This document shows positions 1-14,898 of a stretch of DNA of 64,000 nucleotides, piece by piece. Numbering within the stretch: position 1 is the stretch's first letter; every line of letters starts with the position of its first letter. Source of the stretch: an uncultured Chloroflexia bacterium (GTDB lineage: Bacteria > Chloroflexota > Limnocylindria > Limnocylindrales > CSP1-4); NCBI GenBank assembly GCA_963828165.1, contig CAWHDR010000001.1:2368001-2432000 (forward strand), written 5' to 3'. The notes under the pieces are model-generated. The model had not been told where the DNA came from and made no database searches. It saw only the letters and a program-made list of their open reading frames with translations. The translations under genes and the position numbers were made by a program.

Positions 1-1826
1 TGGCCGATCCGTCCGGCCGCATCATCGACGTCCCCGTGCGGAGCAACTTCCGCGAGGGGATGACGGTCCTCGAATACTTCATCTCCACCCACGGCGCCCG
101 CAAGGGCCTCGCGGACACCGCGCTCCGAACCGCCGACTCGGGGTACCTGACCCGGCGCCTCGTGGACGTGGCCCAGGATGTCATCACGCGCGAGGACGAC
201 TGCGGCACCGAAGAAGGAAGCTGGATCATCCGCTCCGAGTCGAGCGACGAGAAGGGCGCGTTCCAGCGCCGGCTCGTCGGTCGGCTGTCGGCGGCCCCGC
301 TGCCGGATCCCCGCGTCAAGCCCAAGAAGGGCGAGGAGGCACCGCTCCTCGTCGAGCGCAACGAGATGATCACCGAAGAGGTGGCGGCCCGTATCGACGA
401 GGCCGGCGTCGACGAGGCGCTCGTCCGCTCACCGCTCACCTGCGAGGCCCGCAACGGCGTGTGCCGGGCGTGCTACGGCCGCAACCTCGCCACCGGCGAG
501 ATGGTCGGGTCGGGCGAGGCGGTCGGCATCATCGCGGCCCAGTCGATCGGCGAGCCCGGTACGCAGCTGACGATGCGGACGTTCCATACCGGCGGCGTCG
601 CCGGCGGCATGGACATCACCGCGGGTCTGCCGCGCGTCGAGGAGCTGTTCGAGGCCCGGATCCCCAAGGGCAAGGCCGAGATCAGCCACATCGACGGCAT
701 CGTCGAGATCATCCGCGGCGACGGGCTGACCAAGGTGAAGGTCGTCTCGACGGAGGTCTATGACACCTCGCTCGCTCTCCCCAAGGGCGCCGAGCAGCTG
801 GCCGCCGCGGGTGACACCGTCACCCTCGGCCAGGTCATCGCTCGGGGCGAGACCGACGGGGCCGCAGTCGACGTGACCGCCCCGGTCGCCGGCTTCCTCG
901 TGAAGGGCGACGACGGCCTCGTCGTTCGCGCCGAAGACGTCGTCGAGCGCGAGTACCTCATCCCGCACAACGCCAAGGTCCTCGTGGAGAACGGCCAGGA
1001 GATCCGTGCCGGTGACCCGATCACGGATGGCCCGATCAACCCGCAGGAGTACCTCGACACCCGGGGCAAGGACGCGGTCCAGCGCTACCTGGTGAAGGAA
1101 GTCCAGAAGGTCTACAAGAGCCAGGGCGTCACGATCAGCGACAAGCACATCGAGATCATCGTCCGTCAGATGCTCCGCAAGGTGCGCATCGATCAGCCGG
1201 GCGACGTCGACCTGCTCCCGACCGAGCTCGTCGACCGGCTCGAGTTCGAGCAGCACAACAACCACGTCCTGGCCGAGGGCGGCGAGCCCGCCACGGCTCA
1301 GACCGTCCTGCTCGGCGTGACGAAGGCGTCGCTCAACACGTCGTCCTTCCTTGCCGCCGCGTCCTTCCAGGAGACGACCCGGGTGCTGACCGAGGCCGCC
1401 ATCAACGGCGCCAAGGACCACCTGATCGGTCTCAAGGAGAACGTGATCATCGGCAAGCTCATCCCGGCAGGCTCGGGTGCACCGGCGAACGTCGCCGCCC
1501 GCAAGGCGCGCGAGCGCCAGGCCGCCCTCGAAGCCCTCGCCGGCGAGGCGCTCGAAGGTCTCGGGCAGTCCGAGTACAACCCGTTCCTCGAGGACGGGAG
1601 CGAGGGCGAGGCCGGTCCCGACGACGAGGCCGCCGGTCTCGCGCTGGCAGCGACCATCGCCGGTGGCGACACCGACGAAGAGAGCGACGGCGCGAACCCG
1701 TTCCTGGCCGGTGACGGCTCGGACGGGGCGGATGCCTCGGACGGTGAGGCCACCGATGAGGAGGTCAACCCGTTCCTGGCCGAGGCCGAAAAGGTCACGG
1801 CGGGGAAGGGCAAGAGCGAGGGCTAG
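1..1826 (+). CDS. rpoC: RNA polymerase beta' subunit (5' partial)
   Basis: Frame open from window start ([19 protein letters not shown]); motifs [63 protein letters not shown]. Confidence 0.99.
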   Translation, partial: ADPSGRIIDVPVRSNFREGMTVLEYFISTHGARKGLADTALRTADSGYLTRRLVDVAQDVITREDDCGTEEGSWIIRSESSDEKGAFQRRLVGRLSAAPLPDPRVKPKKGEEAPLLVERNEMITEEVAARIDEAGVDEALVRSPLTCEARNGVCRACYGRNLATGEMVGSGEAVGIIAAQSIGEPGTQLTMRTFHTGGVAGGMDITAGLPRVEELFEARIPKGKAEISHIDGIVEIIRGDGLTKVKVVSTEVYDTSLALPKGAEQLAAAGDTVTLGQVIARGETDGAAVDVTAPVAGFLVKGDDGLVVRAEDVVEREYLIPHNAKVLVENGQEIRAGDPITDGPINPQEYLDTRGKDAVQRYLVKEVQKVYKSQGVTISDKHIEIIVRQMLRKVRIDQPGDVDLLPTELVDRLEFEQHNNHVLAEGGEPATAQTVLLGVTKASLNTSSFLAAASFQETTRVLTEAAINGAKDHLIGLKENVIIGKLIPAGSGAPANVAARKARERQAALEALAGEALEGLGQSEYNPFLEDGSEGEAGPDDEAAGLALAATIAGGDTDEESDGANPFLAGDGSDGADASDGEATDEEVNPFLAEAEKVTAGKGKSEG

Positions 1827-1848
1827 CCCGCAGCGACCCTGATTTCGC

Positions 1849-1880
1849 GACGAGACCCCGGGGCGCCCCGGGGTCTCGTC
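1849..1880 (+). terminator. Perfect 32-bp palindrome after rpoC, probable terminator hairpin
   Basis: GACGAGACCCCGGGGCGCCCCGGGGTCTCGTC equals its own reverse complement; 22 nt after the stop; no U-tract. Confidence 0.7.
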
Positions 1881-2161
1881 ATGTCCGGATGGGGCGAGCG
1901 GCTGGGGGACGAGCGGCCGCGTGATCCGGCCGACGCCGGATCCTGGCCGACGCCGGATCCTGCCAGATGGTCACCCCATGACACTCGGGCGTGGTTCGTC
2001 AGCCGTCATGGCCCGGGACATGGCTTGCCGGAGTCCGGTCCAGCGTGGGGTCGCGGACCGGACGCGCTGCGAGCACCCGATTCCGGGCCCAATGGTCACC
2101 CCATGCCGATGTGGCAGGAAACTCAGGGCGCGACTGGCACTGGGGACCGGGTCGGCCAAAT

Positions 2162-2310
2162 GTGCATGGTGTGCACCTTCACGGCGGTTCCCACGACCGC
2201 GACGCCGACTTTGCGATCGATCCGTGTGTCGGCAGGGAGCGCGAAGGCGTCAGAAGGCCGATATCGTCGCCTCCGACTCCCGATTCCGGCCCAAGGTGCA
2301 CGTGGTGCAC
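2162..2310. repeat. 149-nt intergenic element bounded by imperfect 18-nt inverted repeats
   Basis: GTGCATGGTGTGCACCTT (2162-2179) vs AAGGTGCACGTGGTGCAC (2293-2310). Confidence 0.6.
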
Positions 2311-2352
2311 TTCTGTCAGGATTCAGGTCCGCGGCGCCGCCCCCGAGTTCGT

Positions 2353-2382
2353 TTGACACAGATTTCGGGCCGCTGCTAAACT
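2353..2382 (+). promoter_or_regulatory. Sigma70-type promoter of the str operon
   Basis: TTGACA (2353-2358), 18 nt, TAAACT (2377-2382) with upstream TGn. Confidence 0.8.
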
Positions 2383-2568
2383 CCGCCTTCGTGGCCTCGG
2401 GAGGGGTCCGCCCTCGGCGCTTGCGCCGACGACCATTCCGACACCATCACACCACCGGTCCCAGCCGGATCGGCCCTGCGGGGCAGATGTCGGCGACGCA
2501 TGGCCGGACCGCGGTCACTCGACGACCGCCACCGCACCCGCTCTCGAGAACCGAAAGGAAACGTCTTC

Positions 2569-2997
2569 GTGCCGACGATCAGTCAGCTCGTGCGCCACGG
2601 CCGGCAGAACAAGATCAAGAAGGTCAAGGCGCCGGCCATGCGCAAGAACTGGAACAGCCTGCGACGCCGCCAGGTGTCGATCAAAGGCGCCCCGCAGAAG
2701 CGCGGGGTCTGCCTGCAGGTCCGGACGATGACGCCCAAGAAGCCGAACTCCGCGCTGCGCAAGATCGCGCGCGTGCGCCTGTCCAACCAGATGGAGGTCA
2801 CGGCCTACATCCCGGGCATCGGGCACAACCTCCAGGAGCACTCGGTGGTCCTCGTCCGCGGCGGCCGCGTGAAGGACCTCCCGTCGGTCAAGTACCACAT
2901 CATCCGCGGCACCCTGGACGCTGCCGGCGTGCGCGACCGCAAGCAGGGTCGCAGCAAGTACGGCGCCAAGGCCCCCGGCAAGGGCGGGGTCAAGTAG
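2569..2997 (+). CDS. rpsL: 30S ribosomal protein S12
   Basis: GTG start after GAAAGGA; [26 protein letters not shown]. Confidence 0.99.
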   Translation: MPTISQLVRHGRQNKIKKVKAPAMRKNWNSLRRRQVSIKGAPQKRGVCLQVRTMTPKKPNSALRKIARVRLSNQMEVTAYIPGIGHNLQEHSVVLVRGGRVKDLPSVKYHIIRGTLDAAGVRDRKQGRSKYGAKAPGKGGVK

Positions 2998-3465
2998 ATG
3001 CCGCGTCGTACGAGCATCCCCCGCAAGACGAAATACGAGGTCGTGCCGGCCAACCGCATCACGCATCGCTTCTCAGCGAAGCTGATGAAGGGCGGCAAGC
3101 AGAACCTCGCGGAGCGCATCCTGCGCCAGGCCCTCGCCCGCGCGGAGGCCCAGGCAGGGCGTCCCGGCCTCGAGATCCTCGAGGCGGCGATGCGCAACGC
3201 CACCCCCATCATCGAAGTCAAGCCGCGCCGCGTCGGTGGCGCGACCTACCAGGTCCCGGTCGAGATCCGGGGCGACCGCCGCCTGTCGCTCGGTGTCCGC
3301 TGGCTCGTCCAGTCGGCCCGCAAGCGCAACGGCAAGAGCATGAGCGAGAAGCTGGCCGCCGAGTTCGTCGATGCCATGAACGGCCTGGGCGCGGCAGTCA
3401 AGCGTCGAGAAGATACGCACAAGATGGCGGAGGCGAACCGCGCCTTCAGCCATTTCAAGTGGTAG
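2998..3465 (+). CDS. rpsG: 30S ribosomal protein S7
   Basis: EVKPRRVGGATYQVP, HKMAEANRAF; synteny. Confidence 0.98.
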   Translation: MPRRTSIPRKTKYEVVPANRITHRFSAKLMKGGKQNLAERILRQALARAEAQAGRPGLEILEAAMRNATPIIEVKPRRVGGATYQVPVEIRGDRRLSLGVRWLVQSARKRNGKSMSEKLAAEFVDAMNGLGAAVKRREDTHKMAEANRAFSHFKW

Positions 3466-3486
3466 ATCAGGGAGCTTAGGGACACC

Positions 3487-5577
<2,091 letters not shown>

Positions 5578-5590
5578 GGAGCACGACGAC

Positions 5591-6787
<1,197 letters not shown>

Positions 6788-6794
6788 GGACGAC

Positions 6795-7103
<309 letters not shown>

Positions 7104-7152
7104 TGACGGCACACCACATGGACATCGCCGTCCAGCCGGCCGGGTGGCAGCG

Positions 7153-7776
7153 ATGAGCATCGGACTCATCGGCCGCAAGGTCGGTATGACCCAGGTCTTC
7201 CAGGACGACGGCACCATGGTCGCCGTCAGCGTCCTCGCCATCGAGCCGAACACGGTCACGCGTCTGCGCACGCCCGATCGCGACGGCTACACGGCCGTCC
7301 AGCTCGGCACCGAGACCAGCAAGAAGCTGTCCAAGCCCGAGGCCGGCCAGCTCAAGGACCTGCCCAAGGCCGCCCAGTCGATCAAGACGATCCGCGAGTT
7401 CCGCGTGGACAGCGTGGACGAGTACGAGCTCGGCCAGACCGTCTCGCTCGTGGACCTGTTCACGGTGGGTGACGAGGTCGACGTGAGCGGCGTCTCCAAG
7501 GGCAAGGGTTTTGCCGGCCACATCAAGCGCCACAACTTCCACCGCGGCCCCAAGACCCACGGTTCGGACCATCATCGCGAGCCGGGCTCCATCGGCCCGG
7601 GCACGACGCCTGGTCGTGTCTACCGCGGCATGAAGATGGCCGGCCACATGGGCGACGAGACCGTGACCATCAAGAAGGTGCGCGTCGTGCGCACCGACCC
7701 GGACCGCAACCTGCTGCTCGTCAAGGGGAGTCTCCCCGGCGCGCGCGGGTCGCTGATCCTCGTGAAGAAGGCCTGA
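7153..7776 (+). CDS. rplC: 50S ribosomal protein L3
   Basis: [24 protein letters not shown]. Confidence 0.99.
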   Translation: MSIGLIGRKVGMTQVFQDDGTMVAVSVLAIEPNTVTRLRTPDRDGYTAVQLGTETSKKLSKPEAGQLKDLPKAAQSIKTIREFRVDSVDEYELGQTVSLVDLFTVGDEVDVSGVSKGKGFAGHIKRHNFHRGPKTHGSDHHREPGSIGPGTTPGRVYRGMKMAGHMGDETVTIKKVRVVRTDPDRNLLLVKGSLPGARGSLILVKKA

Positions 7777-7779
7777 CGA

Positions 7780-8403
7780 ATGCCGTCCATCCCCCTGTAC
7801 GACCGCGCCGGCAAGAACATCGGCGACGTCGAGCTCAGCGATGAGCTGTTCGCCGCCCCGGTCAACACCGCCGTGCTGCACCAGGTCGTGACCGCCCAGC
7901 TCGCTGCCCGCCGGACCGGTACGAGCGACACCAAGACCCGCGGCGAGATCCGCGGCGGTGGCCGCAAACCGTATCGCCAGAAGGGCACCGGGCGCGCCCG
8001 CCAGGGCACCGTCACCGCGCCGCACTACCGCGGCGGTGGCGTGGTCTTCGGGCCGCATCCGCGCTCCTACGAGCAGCGCCTGCCGCGCAAGATGAAGCGC
8101 CTCGCGCTGCGCGGTGCGCTGACGGCCAAGCTCGTCGACGAGCAGGTCAAGGTCATCGACAGCTTCGGGCTCAAGGCGATCAAGACCAGCGATCTGGCAG
8201 GCGTGCTGCGCGCACTGGCCGCCGACGGGCGCGTCCTGGTCGTGGCCCCGAGCCGCGACCAGAACCTCGAGCTGTCCGCCCGCAACCTTCCGACCGTCGA
8301 CATCATCCTCGCCGACTCGCTCAACGTCGTCGACCTCATCAAGGCCGACCTCGTGCTGATCGAGCAGCCGTCGCTCGCGCGCATGCAGGAGGTGTACGCA
8401 TGA
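7780..8403 (+). CDS. rplD: 50S ribosomal protein L4
   Basis: GGGRKPYRQKGTGRARQG. Confidence 0.99.
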   Translation: MPSIPLYDRAGKNIGDVELSDELFAAPVNTAVLHQVVTAQLAARRTGTSDTKTRGEIRGGGRKPYRQKGTGRARQGTVTAPHYRGGGVVFGPHPRSYEQRLPRKMKRLALRGALTAKLVDEQVKVIDSFGLKAIKTSDLAGVLRALAADGRVLVVAPSRDQNLELSARNLPTVDIILADSLNVVDLIKADLVLIEQPSLARMQEVYA

Positions 8404-8714
8404 CCGCCCTGACCGCGCCCGAGATCATCCTTCGTCCGGTCATCAGCGAGAAGACCATCGACGAGTCGACACGCGGCAAGTACACGTTCGCCGTCAACGA
8501 CCACGCCAACAAGATCCAGATCAAGGCCGCGGTGGAGGAGCTCTACAAGAAGGAGAACGTGACCGTCATCTCGGTCAACGTCCTGACCACCAAGGCCAAG
8601 GAAAAGCGACGCGGGACGAAGCGCGGCCGGATCGTCGGCCACACCACCCCGTGGCGCAAGGCCATCGTGACCCTGGCTCCCGGCCAGAAGATCGAATTCT
8701 TCGAGGGGGTCTGA
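8400..8714 (+). CDS. rplW: 50S ribosomal protein L23
   Basis: PVISEKT, ANKIQIKAAVE, WRKAIVTL. Confidence 0.98.
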   Translation: MTALTAPEIILRPVISEKTIDESTRGKYTFAVNDHANKIQIKAAVEELYKKENVTVISVNVLTTKAKEKRRGTKRGRIVGHTTPWRKAIVTLAPGQKIEFFEGV

Positions 8715-8717
8715 CCG

Positions 8718-9545
8718 ATGCCGCTTCGAACCTACAAGCCAACCTCGCCGGGGCTCCGGCAGATGACTCGCTCGACCTTCGAGGAGATCACCACCAAGGA
8801 GCCGCACAAGCCCCTGCTCGAACCGCAGACACGCGGATCCGGCCGGAACAACCAGGGCCGCCTCACCGTGCGCCATCGCGGCGGCGGCGAGAAACAGCAC
8901 TACCGTCGCATCGACTTCAAGCGCGACAAGTTCAATGTGCCGGCGCGAGTCGCGACGATCGAGTACGACCCGAACCGCTCGGCGCGGATCGGCCTGCTCC
9001 ACTACCGCGACGGCGAGAAGCGCTACATGATCCTGCCGCACGGCCTCAAGGTCGGCGACGTGGTCGTGGCGGGACCGGACGCCGAGGCGCGCGTGGGGAA
9101 TGCCCTGCCGCTCGCGAACATCCCGCTCGGCACGACGATCCACAACATCGAGCTGACGCCCGGCAAGGGCGGCCAGATCGTGCGCTCGGCAGGAACCTCG
9201 GCGCAGTTGCTCGCCAAGGAAGGCGACTACGCCACGGTCCGCATGCCGTCGGGCGAGATGCGACGCATCCCGATGCGCTGCATGGCCACCGTCGGCCAGG
9301 TCAGCAACCTCGACCACGAGAACCAGAACCTCGGAAAGGCCGGCCGCGCCCGGCACATGGGCCAGCGCCCGGAGGTCCGCGGAGTCGTCATGAACCCGCG
9401 CGACCATCCGCACGGCGGTGGCGAGGGCAAGTCCCCGACCGGGATGCCGCCCAAGACCCCGTGGGGCAAGCCTGCCATGGGCTACCGCACCCGGCGGTCC
9501 AAGACGACCGGACGCCTGATCGTCCGTTCGCGGCATCGCAAGTAG
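8718..9545 (+). CDS. rplB: 50S ribosomal protein L2
   Basis: [22 protein letters not shown]. Confidence 0.99.
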   Translation: MPLRTYKPTSPGLRQMTRSTFEEITTKEPHKPLLEPQTRGSGRNNQGRLTVRHRGGGEKQHYRRIDFKRDKFNVPARVATIEYDPNRSARIGLLHYRDGEKRYMILPHGLKVGDVVVAGPDAEARVGNALPLANIPLGTTIHNIELTPGKGGQIVRSAGTSAQLLAKEGDYATVRMPSGEMRRIPMRCMATVGQVSNLDHENQNLGKAGRARHMGQRPEVRGVVMNPRDHPHGGGEGKSPTGMPPKTPWGKPAMGYRTRRSKTTGRLIVRSRHRK

Positions 9546-9563
9546 CCGGGGAGGTAGGAGCCA

Positions 9564-9848
9564 ATGTCCCGTTCCATCAAGAAGGGCCCCTTCATCGAGG
9601 CCCGACTCCTCGGCCGTATCGAGGAGATGAACAAGCGCAACGAGAAGAAGGTCGTCAAGACCTGGTCCCGTGCGTCCGTCATCTTCCCGACGTTCATCGG
9701 TCACACCATCGCCGTCTACAACGGCAAGAAGCACGTCCCGGTCTACGTGACCGAGAACATGGTCGGCCATCGTCTTGGTGAGTTCAGCCCAACCCGCAAC
9801 TACCGCGGCCACGGCAAGCACACCGACCGGTCGACGGCGTTGAAGTAG
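9564..9848 (+). CDS. rpsS: 30S ribosomal protein S19
   Basis: [27 protein letters not shown]. Confidence 0.99.
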   Translation: MSRSIKKGPFIEARLLGRIEEMNKRNEKKVVKTWSRASVIFPTFIGHTIAVYNGKKHVPVYVTENMVGHRLGEFSPTRNYRGHGKHTDRSTALK

Positions 9849-9856
9849 GCCGGCCG

Positions 9857-10195
9857 ATGCGTGTTTCCGCCACTGCCAAGTACCTGCGTGCCTCGACTCG
9901 CAAGACCCGTCTGGTGACCAACGCCATCACGGGCAAGCGGGTGGAGGAAGCCGCCGCGCTCCTGCGGTTCATGCCGCAGAAGGCCGCAGCTGACGTGGCT
10001 CGCGTGCTCAAGAGCGCGACTGCCAATGCCGAGAACAACCACAACCTGTCCGCGGAGGACCTGATCATCGTCGAGGCCGTCGCCAACGAGGGCCCCACGA
10101 TCAAGCGCTTCCAGCCGCGGGCCCAGGGTCGGGCGTTTCCGATCCACAAGCCCATGACCCACATCACCATCACCGTCGCGGACCAGGAGGCCTGA
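9857..10195 (+). CDS. rplV: 50S ribosomal protein L22
   Basis: SATANAENN, PRAQGRA, THITI. Confidence 0.98.
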   Translation: MRVSATAKYLRASTRKTRLVTNAITGKRVEEAAALLRFMPQKAAADVARVLKSATANAENNHNLSAEDLIIVEAVANEGPTIKRFQPRAQGRAFPIHKPMTHITITVADQEA

Positions 10196-10196
10196 C

Positions 10197-10880
10197 ATGG
10201 GACATAAGGTCCATCCGTACGGCTTCCGCCTGGGTGTCTCGCGCACCTGGACCGCGAAGTGGTACGCGGATAAGGAATACACCGCCTCCCTCAAGGAGGA
10301 CATCGGCATCCGCACGCTCATCGAGAAGCGGTTGTCGAACGCCAGCGTGAGCGGCGTGGAGATCGAGCGTGGCATCAATCACGTGACGGTCACCATCCAC
10401 ACCGCCAAGCCCGGCATCGTCATCGGCAAGGGCGGGGCCAACGTCGAGGTGCTGCGCCAGCAGATCGGCGCGCTTTCGAACCGCAAGGTCAAGCTCGAGA
10501 TCAAGGAGATCCGCCAGCCGGAACTCGACGCGCATCTGGTCGCGATGAACATCGCCGGCCAGCTCAGCCGCCGGATCGCCTTCAAGAAGGCGATGAAGCA
10601 GGCCATCCAGCGCTCGATGAAGGCCGGCGCCAAGGGCGTCAAGATCGCCGTCGCGGGCCGCCTCGGCGGGTCCGAGATGGGCCGGCGCGAATGGGACAAG
10701 GAAGGGCGCATCCCGTTGGGAACGCTCCGCGCGGATATCAGCTACGGCCAGATCCACGCCCACACCACGTACGGCCGCATCGGCGTCAAGGTCTGGATCT
10801 ACCGCGGCGACTTCGCGCCGGAGCCGATCCGCCGACCCGAGCTCGTCGGTGCCCCGGTCCAGCCCGGACAGGGGGTCTGA
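10197..10880 (+). CDS. rpsC: 30S ribosomal protein S3
   Basis: [31 protein letters not shown]. Confidence 0.99.
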   Translation: MGHKVHPYGFRLGVSRTWTAKWYADKEYTASLKEDIGIRTLIEKRLSNASVSGVEIERGINHVTVTIHTAKPGIVIGKGGANVEVLRQQIGALSNRKVKLEIKEIRQPELDAHLVAMNIAGQLSRRIAFKKAMKQAIQRSMKAGAKGVKIAVAGRLGGSEMGRREWDKEGRIPLGTLRADISYGQIHAHTTYGRIGVKVWIYRGDFAPEPIRRPELVGAPVQPGQGV

Positions 10881-10882
10881 CG

Positions 10883-11305
10883 ATGTTGATGCCGCGTCGG
10901 GTCAAGCACCGCAAGGTCATGCGAGGACGGATGTCCGGACTTGCCAAGGGCGGCTACATGGTCGCCTTCGGCGAGTACGGCCTGGCCACGCAGGAGCCGG
11001 CCTGGATCACCAGCCGCCAGATCGAGGCCGCTCGACGCGCCATGACCCGTTCGGTCAAGCGCGGTGGCAAGATCTGGATCCGGATCTTCCCGGACAAGCC
11101 CGCCACGAAGAAGCCCGCCGAGACACGGATGGGTTCCGGCAAGGGCGCCCCCGACCACTGGGTCGCGGTCGTCAAGCCCGGTCGCATCCTGTTCGAGATG
11201 GCCGGCGTGGATCACGAATCCGCGGTCGAGGCCATGCGCCTCGCCAGCCACAAGCTTCCCGTGCAGACCCGCGTGGTCGTCCGGGAAGGCGCGAAGGAGG
11301 CGTAA
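10883..11305 (+). CDS. rplP: 50S ribosomal protein L16
   Basis: [25 protein letters not shown]. Confidence 0.99.
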   Translation: MLMPRRVKHRKVMRGRMSGLAKGGYMVAFGEYGLATQEPAWITSRQIEAARRAMTRSVKRGGKIWIRIFPDKPATKKPAETRMGSGKGAPDHWVAVVKPGRILFEMAGVDHESAVEAMRLASHKLPVQTRVVVREGAKEA

Positions 11306-11309
11306 CGGG

Positions 11310-11510
11310 ATGGATATGGACAAGGCCCGTTCCCTCTCCGACGCCGAGCTCGACGAGGCCCTGCGCGAGGCGAAGCAGGACCTGTGGGGAGCGCGCTTCG
11401 CGCTCTCGACCCGACAGCTCAAGGACTACAGCACGATCCCGCAGACGCGGCGAACGATCGCGCGGATCCTGACCGTGCAGCGTGAGCGCAAGCTCGGCAA
11501 GACGGCCTGA
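11310..11510 (+). CDS. rpmC: 50S ribosomal protein L29
   Basis: [18 protein letters not shown]; between rplP and rpsQ; start could be 11316. Confidence 0.95.
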   Translation: MDMDKARSLSDAELDEALREAKQDLWGARFALSTRQLKDYSTIPQTRRTIARILTVQRERKLGKTA

Positions 11511-11524
11511 AGGGATATCACGCG

Positions 11525-11986
11525 ATGACAGGAGCAGACACCACGGTGCAGACAAAGCGGAAATTGAAGGTCGGCCGCGTGGTCAGCGACAAGATGGACA
11601 AGACGATCGTCGTGTCCGTCGAGCGACTGGCCCGTCACCGGCTGTACAAGCGGGTCATCCGCTTGTCCACGAAGTTCAAAGCCCACGACGAGACGAATGA
11701 CGCCAGGATCGGCGACACCGTCCAGATCGAGGAGTCGCGGCCCCTGTCCGCGACCAAGCGCTGGCGTCTCGTCAGCGTGATCGCGCGCGCCGGGGAGCAT
11801 GGTCTCCCGGGTGAGTCGGTCGTGGAGGAGGAGGCCGAGGTCACCGAGGCCATCCACGCCGCGGCCCACCCCGGGCGCACGAACAAGGCCGAGGCCGAGA
11901 CCGAGCCTGATGAGGTCGGCGCCACCTCCGGCGACGACGCGGCCGGCGACGAGCAGCGCGCTCCGACGGAGGAGGCCGTCTCGTGA
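11525..11986 (+). CDS. rpsQ: 30S ribosomal protein S17 with acidic C-terminal extension
   Basis: [25 protein letters not shown]. Confidence 0.98.
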   Translation: MTGADTTVQTKRKLKVGRVVSDKMDKTIVVSVERLARHRLYKRVIRLSTKFKAHDETNDARIGDTVQIEESRPLSATKRWRLVSVIARAGEHGLPGESVVEEEAEVTEAIHAAAHPGRTNKAEAETEPDEVGATSGDDAAGDEQRAPTEEAVS

Positions 11987-12351
11987 TCCAGCCCCAGACC
12001 CGCCTCAAGGTCGCGGACAACACCGGCGCCCGCAGCATCCAGTGCATCCGGGTGATGGGTCGTTCGCTCAAGACCACGGCCGGCGTGGGTGACGTGATCA
12101 TCGCCAGCGTCAAGCAGGCGATCCCCAATGCCGCCGTGAAGAAGGGCGATGTCGTCCGCGCGGTCATCGTGCGCACGAACAAGGAGTACGGCCGCGCCGA
12201 CGGGAGCTACATCCGGTTCGACGAGAACGCCGCCGTCCTCATCAACAACCAGGGCAACCCGCGCGGCACGCGCATCTTCGGCCCGGTGGCGCGCGAGCTG
12301 CGCGACCGGAACTACATGAAGATCGTGTCCCTCGCCCCGGAGGTGCTGTGA
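11983..12351 (+). CDS. rplN: 50S ribosomal protein L14
   Basis: [26 protein letters not shown]. Confidence 0.99.
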   Translation: MIQPQTRLKVADNTGARSIQCIRVMGRSLKTTAGVGDVIIASVKQAIPNAAVKKGDVVRAVIVRTNKEYGRADGSYIRFDENAAVLINNQGNPRGTRIFGPVARELRDRNYMKIVSLAPEVL

Positions 12352-12788
12352 TGGGCGTTCGAGCCGCGACCGCCCGGTCGCCGAAAGTGCCCGAAGTCCG
12401 CAAGGGCGACACGGTCGTCGTGCTCTCCGGCCGCGATGCCGGCAAGCGCGGGACCGTCGAGCGCGTGATCCGGCGTCAGCCGGCCCCGCGCGGCCGCAGC
12501 ATGTTCCGTCGCGGGACGACGGCCGGTGGCGTGAGTGTCGTCGTCGAGGGCCTCAACATCGCCAAGCGCCACACGAAGGCCCGCCAGACCTCGAGCTCGA
12601 CCGACCGCATGCCCAAGGTCCAGCAGGGCGGCATCCTCGAGATCGCCCAGCCGATCCCGGTGGGCAAGGTCATGGTCGTCTGCTCGAGCTGTGGCAAGCC
12701 GACCCGCATCTCGCACGCGACGCTCGACAACGGTCGCCGCGTGCGCGTCTGTCGCCACTGCGGCGAGCAGCTGGAGGTCAAGTCGTGA
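12351..12788 (+). CDS. rplX: 50S ribosomal protein L24
   Basis: KOW motif [22 protein letters not shown]; C-terminal CxxC..CxxC; ATG overlaps rplN stop. Confidence 0.96.
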   Translation: MGVRAATARSPKVPEVRKGDTVVVLSGRDAGKRGTVERVIRRQPAPRGRSMFRRGTTAGGVSVVVEGLNIAKRHTKARQTSSSTDRMPKVQQGGILEIAQPIPVGKVMVVCSSCGKPTRISHATLDNGRRVRVCRHCGEQLEVKS

Positions 12789-13327
12789 CCAGCCGTCTGC
12801 ACGAGCGCTATCAGGCCGAGATCGTCCCGGCGCTCCGTAAGCAATTCGAATACGGCAACCCGAATCAGGTGCCGAAGGTCAGCAAGATCGTCGTCAACAT
12901 CGGCCTGGGCGAAGCCCTGACCAATGCCAAGGCGCTCGATGCGGCCCTGGGCGACCTGGCCAGCATCACCGGCCAGAAGCCGATCGTCACCAAGGCCAAG
13001 CGCTCGATCGCCCAGTTCCACGTGCGGGCGGGCAACTCGATCGGAGCCAAGGTGACGCTCCGCGGTGAGCGGATGTGGGATTTCCTGGACCGGCTGACGA
13101 CCCTCGCGCTGCCGCGCATCCGCGACTTCCGGGGGATCCCCGACAAGTCGTTCGATGGGCGGGGCAACTATTCGCTGGGATTGCGCGAACAGCTCGCGTT
13201 CCCGGAGATCGATTACGACAAGGTGGACCGTCTCCGCGGGCTGGAGATCAGCATCGTGACGACGGCGAAGACCGACGAGGAGTCCAAGAAGCTTCTTGAA
13301 CTCCTCGGCATGCCCTTCGCCTCGTAG
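12785..13327 (+). CDS. rplE: 50S ribosomal protein L5
   Basis: [22 protein letters not shown]. Confidence 0.99.
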   Translation: MTSRLHERYQAEIVPALRKQFEYGNPNQVPKVSKIVVNIGLGEALTNAKALDAALGDLASITGQKPIVTKAKRSIAQFHVRAGNSIGAKVTLRGERMWDFLDRLTTLALPRIRDFRGIPDKSFDGRGNYSLGLREQLAFPEIDYDKVDRLRGLEISIVTTAKTDEESKKLLELLGMPFAS

Positions 13328-13345
13328 GCGCGGGGAGGGAGAGAC

Positions 13346-13531
13346 ATGGCCAAGAAGTCGATGGTCGCAAAGGCGAAGCGCACTCCGAAGTTCAAGGTGC
13401 GCGCGTATCACCGCTGCTACGTGTGCGGGCGACCGCGCGCCTTCCTGCGACGGTTCGCGCTATGCCGCATCTGCTTCCGGGAGCGTGCGCTCCTGGGCGA
13501 GCTGCCCGGCGTCACGAAGTCGAGTTGGTAG
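13346..13531 (+). CDS. rpsZ: 30S ribosomal protein S14, short zinc-binding type
   Basis: 61 aa; [15 protein letters not shown]. Confidence 0.98.
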   Translation: MAKKSMVAKAKRTPKFKVRAYHRCYVCGRPRAFLRRFALCRICFRERALLGELPGVTKSSW

Positions 13532-13538
13532 GAAACCG

Positions 13539-13937
13539 ATGAACATCTCCGATCCGATCGCGGACATGCTCACACGCGTCCGGAACGCGTCGAGGGCGCG
13601 CCACACCGAAGTGGTCGTCCCGGCGTCGCGGACGAAGCGTGAGATCGCCCGCATCCTCAAGGACGAAGGCTTCATCGCCGACGTCAGCGAGGAGCAGGAT
13701 GGCCCCACGGCGCTCCTGCGCATCACCCTCAAATATGTCGACGGGAAGGTCCCGGTCGTCTCCGGCCTCAAGCGGATCAGCAAACCCGGCCTGCGCGTCT
13801 ACGCGCGCAAGACGGACATCCCGCGAGTGCTCGGCGGCCTGGGCATCGTCATCGTCAGCACGAGCCAGGGCATCATGACCGGCCAGCAGGCGCGCCAGGC
13901 GCAGCTGGGCGGCGAAGTCCTCGCGTTCGTCTGGTAG
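13539..13937 (+). CDS. rpsH: 30S ribosomal protein S8
   Basis: [22 protein letters not shown]. Confidence 0.99.
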   Translation: MNISDPIADMLTRVRNASRARHTEVVVPASRTKREIARILKDEGFIADVSEEQDGPTALLRITLKYVDGKVPVVSGLKRISKPGLRVYARKTDIPRVLGGLGIVIVSTSQGIMTGQQARQAQLGGEVLAFVW

Positions 13938-13947
13938 GCGCGTAACC

Positions 13948-14499
13948 ATGTCGCGTATCGGACGCCTGCCCATCCCCGTCCCGTCGGCCGTCGACGTGAC
14001 GATCGACGGACGCCAGGTCACGGTCAAGGGGCCCAAGGGCACCCTCAGCCGCGCCCTGCACCCGGACATGTCGGTCAGTCAGGAGGACGGCACGATCGTC
14101 GTCACCCGCCCGACCGAGCAGAAGACCCACAAGCAGCTCCACGGCCTGACCCGGACCCTCGTGAACAACATGGTCGTCGGCGTGACCGACGGCTATCGCA
14201 AGGGGCTCGAGATCACCGGCGTCGGCTACCGGGCCGCGCTGAACGGCAAGAAGCTGACGCTCAATCTGGGCTACAGCCACCAGATCGAGATCGAGCCGCC
14301 CGACGGCATCACCTTCGAGCTCGAGAACCCGACCCGGCTTGCGGTCGTCGGGATCGACAAGGAGCTGGTCGGCCAGATCGCCGCGAAGGTGCGGTCGACG
14401 CGGAAGCCCGAGCCCTACAAGGGCAAGGGCGTGCGCTACGCCGGGGAGCAGATCCGCCGCAAGGCCGGCAAGGCCGGCAAGATCGGCGGCAAGAAGTGA
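13948..14499 (+). CDS. rplF: 50S ribosomal protein L6
   Basis: [20 protein letters not shown]. Confidence 0.99.
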   Translation: MSRIGRLPIPVPSAVDVTIDGRQVTVKGPKGTLSRALHPDMSVSQEDGTIVVTRPTEQKTHKQLHGLTRTLVNNMVVGVTDGYRKGLEITGVGYRAALNGKKLTLNLGYSHQIEIEPPDGITFELENPTRLAVVGIDKELVGQIAAKVRSTRKPEPYKGKGVRYAGEQIRRKAGKAGKIGGKK

Positions 14500-14521
14500 T
14501 CACCCACGAAGGACTGACACG

Positions 14522-14884
14522 ATGACGAAGGTCGCCAGCCGAGGCGCCGCCCGACGCAAGCGCCACGACCGGATCCGCCTGACCCTGGCGGGTTCGGAAG
14601 GGCGGCCGCGTCTCGCCGTGTTCCGCAGCCTCAACCACATCTACGCGCAGGTCATCGACGATGCGTCCGGAACGACGCTCGCGGCAGCCTCGACCGCCGA
14701 GAAGGAGCTCAAGGGCTCCAGCTCGAGCAAGTCCGAGGAAGCAGCGCTCGTCGGTCGCCTCCTGGCCGAGCGGGCCAAGACCGCCGGCATCGAGCGCGTC
14801 GTCTTCGATCGAGCCGGTTTCCGGTACCACGGGCGGATCAAGTCGCTCGCCGATGCCGCCCGCGACGCCGGCCTCGACTTCTGA
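14522..14884 (+). CDS. rplR: 50S ribosomal protein L18
   Basis: [28 protein letters not shown]. Confidence 0.98.
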   Translation: MTKVASRGAARRKRHDRIRLTLAGSEGRPRLAVFRSLNHIYAQVIDDASGTTLAAASTAEKELKGSSSSKSEEAALVGRLLAERAKTAGIERVVFDRAGFRYHGRIKSLADAARDAGLDF

Positions 14885-14898
14885 TCGGAAGGAACTCA

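Noticed and set aside
1881-3479. 532-aa plus-strand ORF
   Set aside because: Overlaps rpsL and rpsG out of frame, is Arg/Pro-rich with no motif, and crosses a clear promoter; high-GC artefact.
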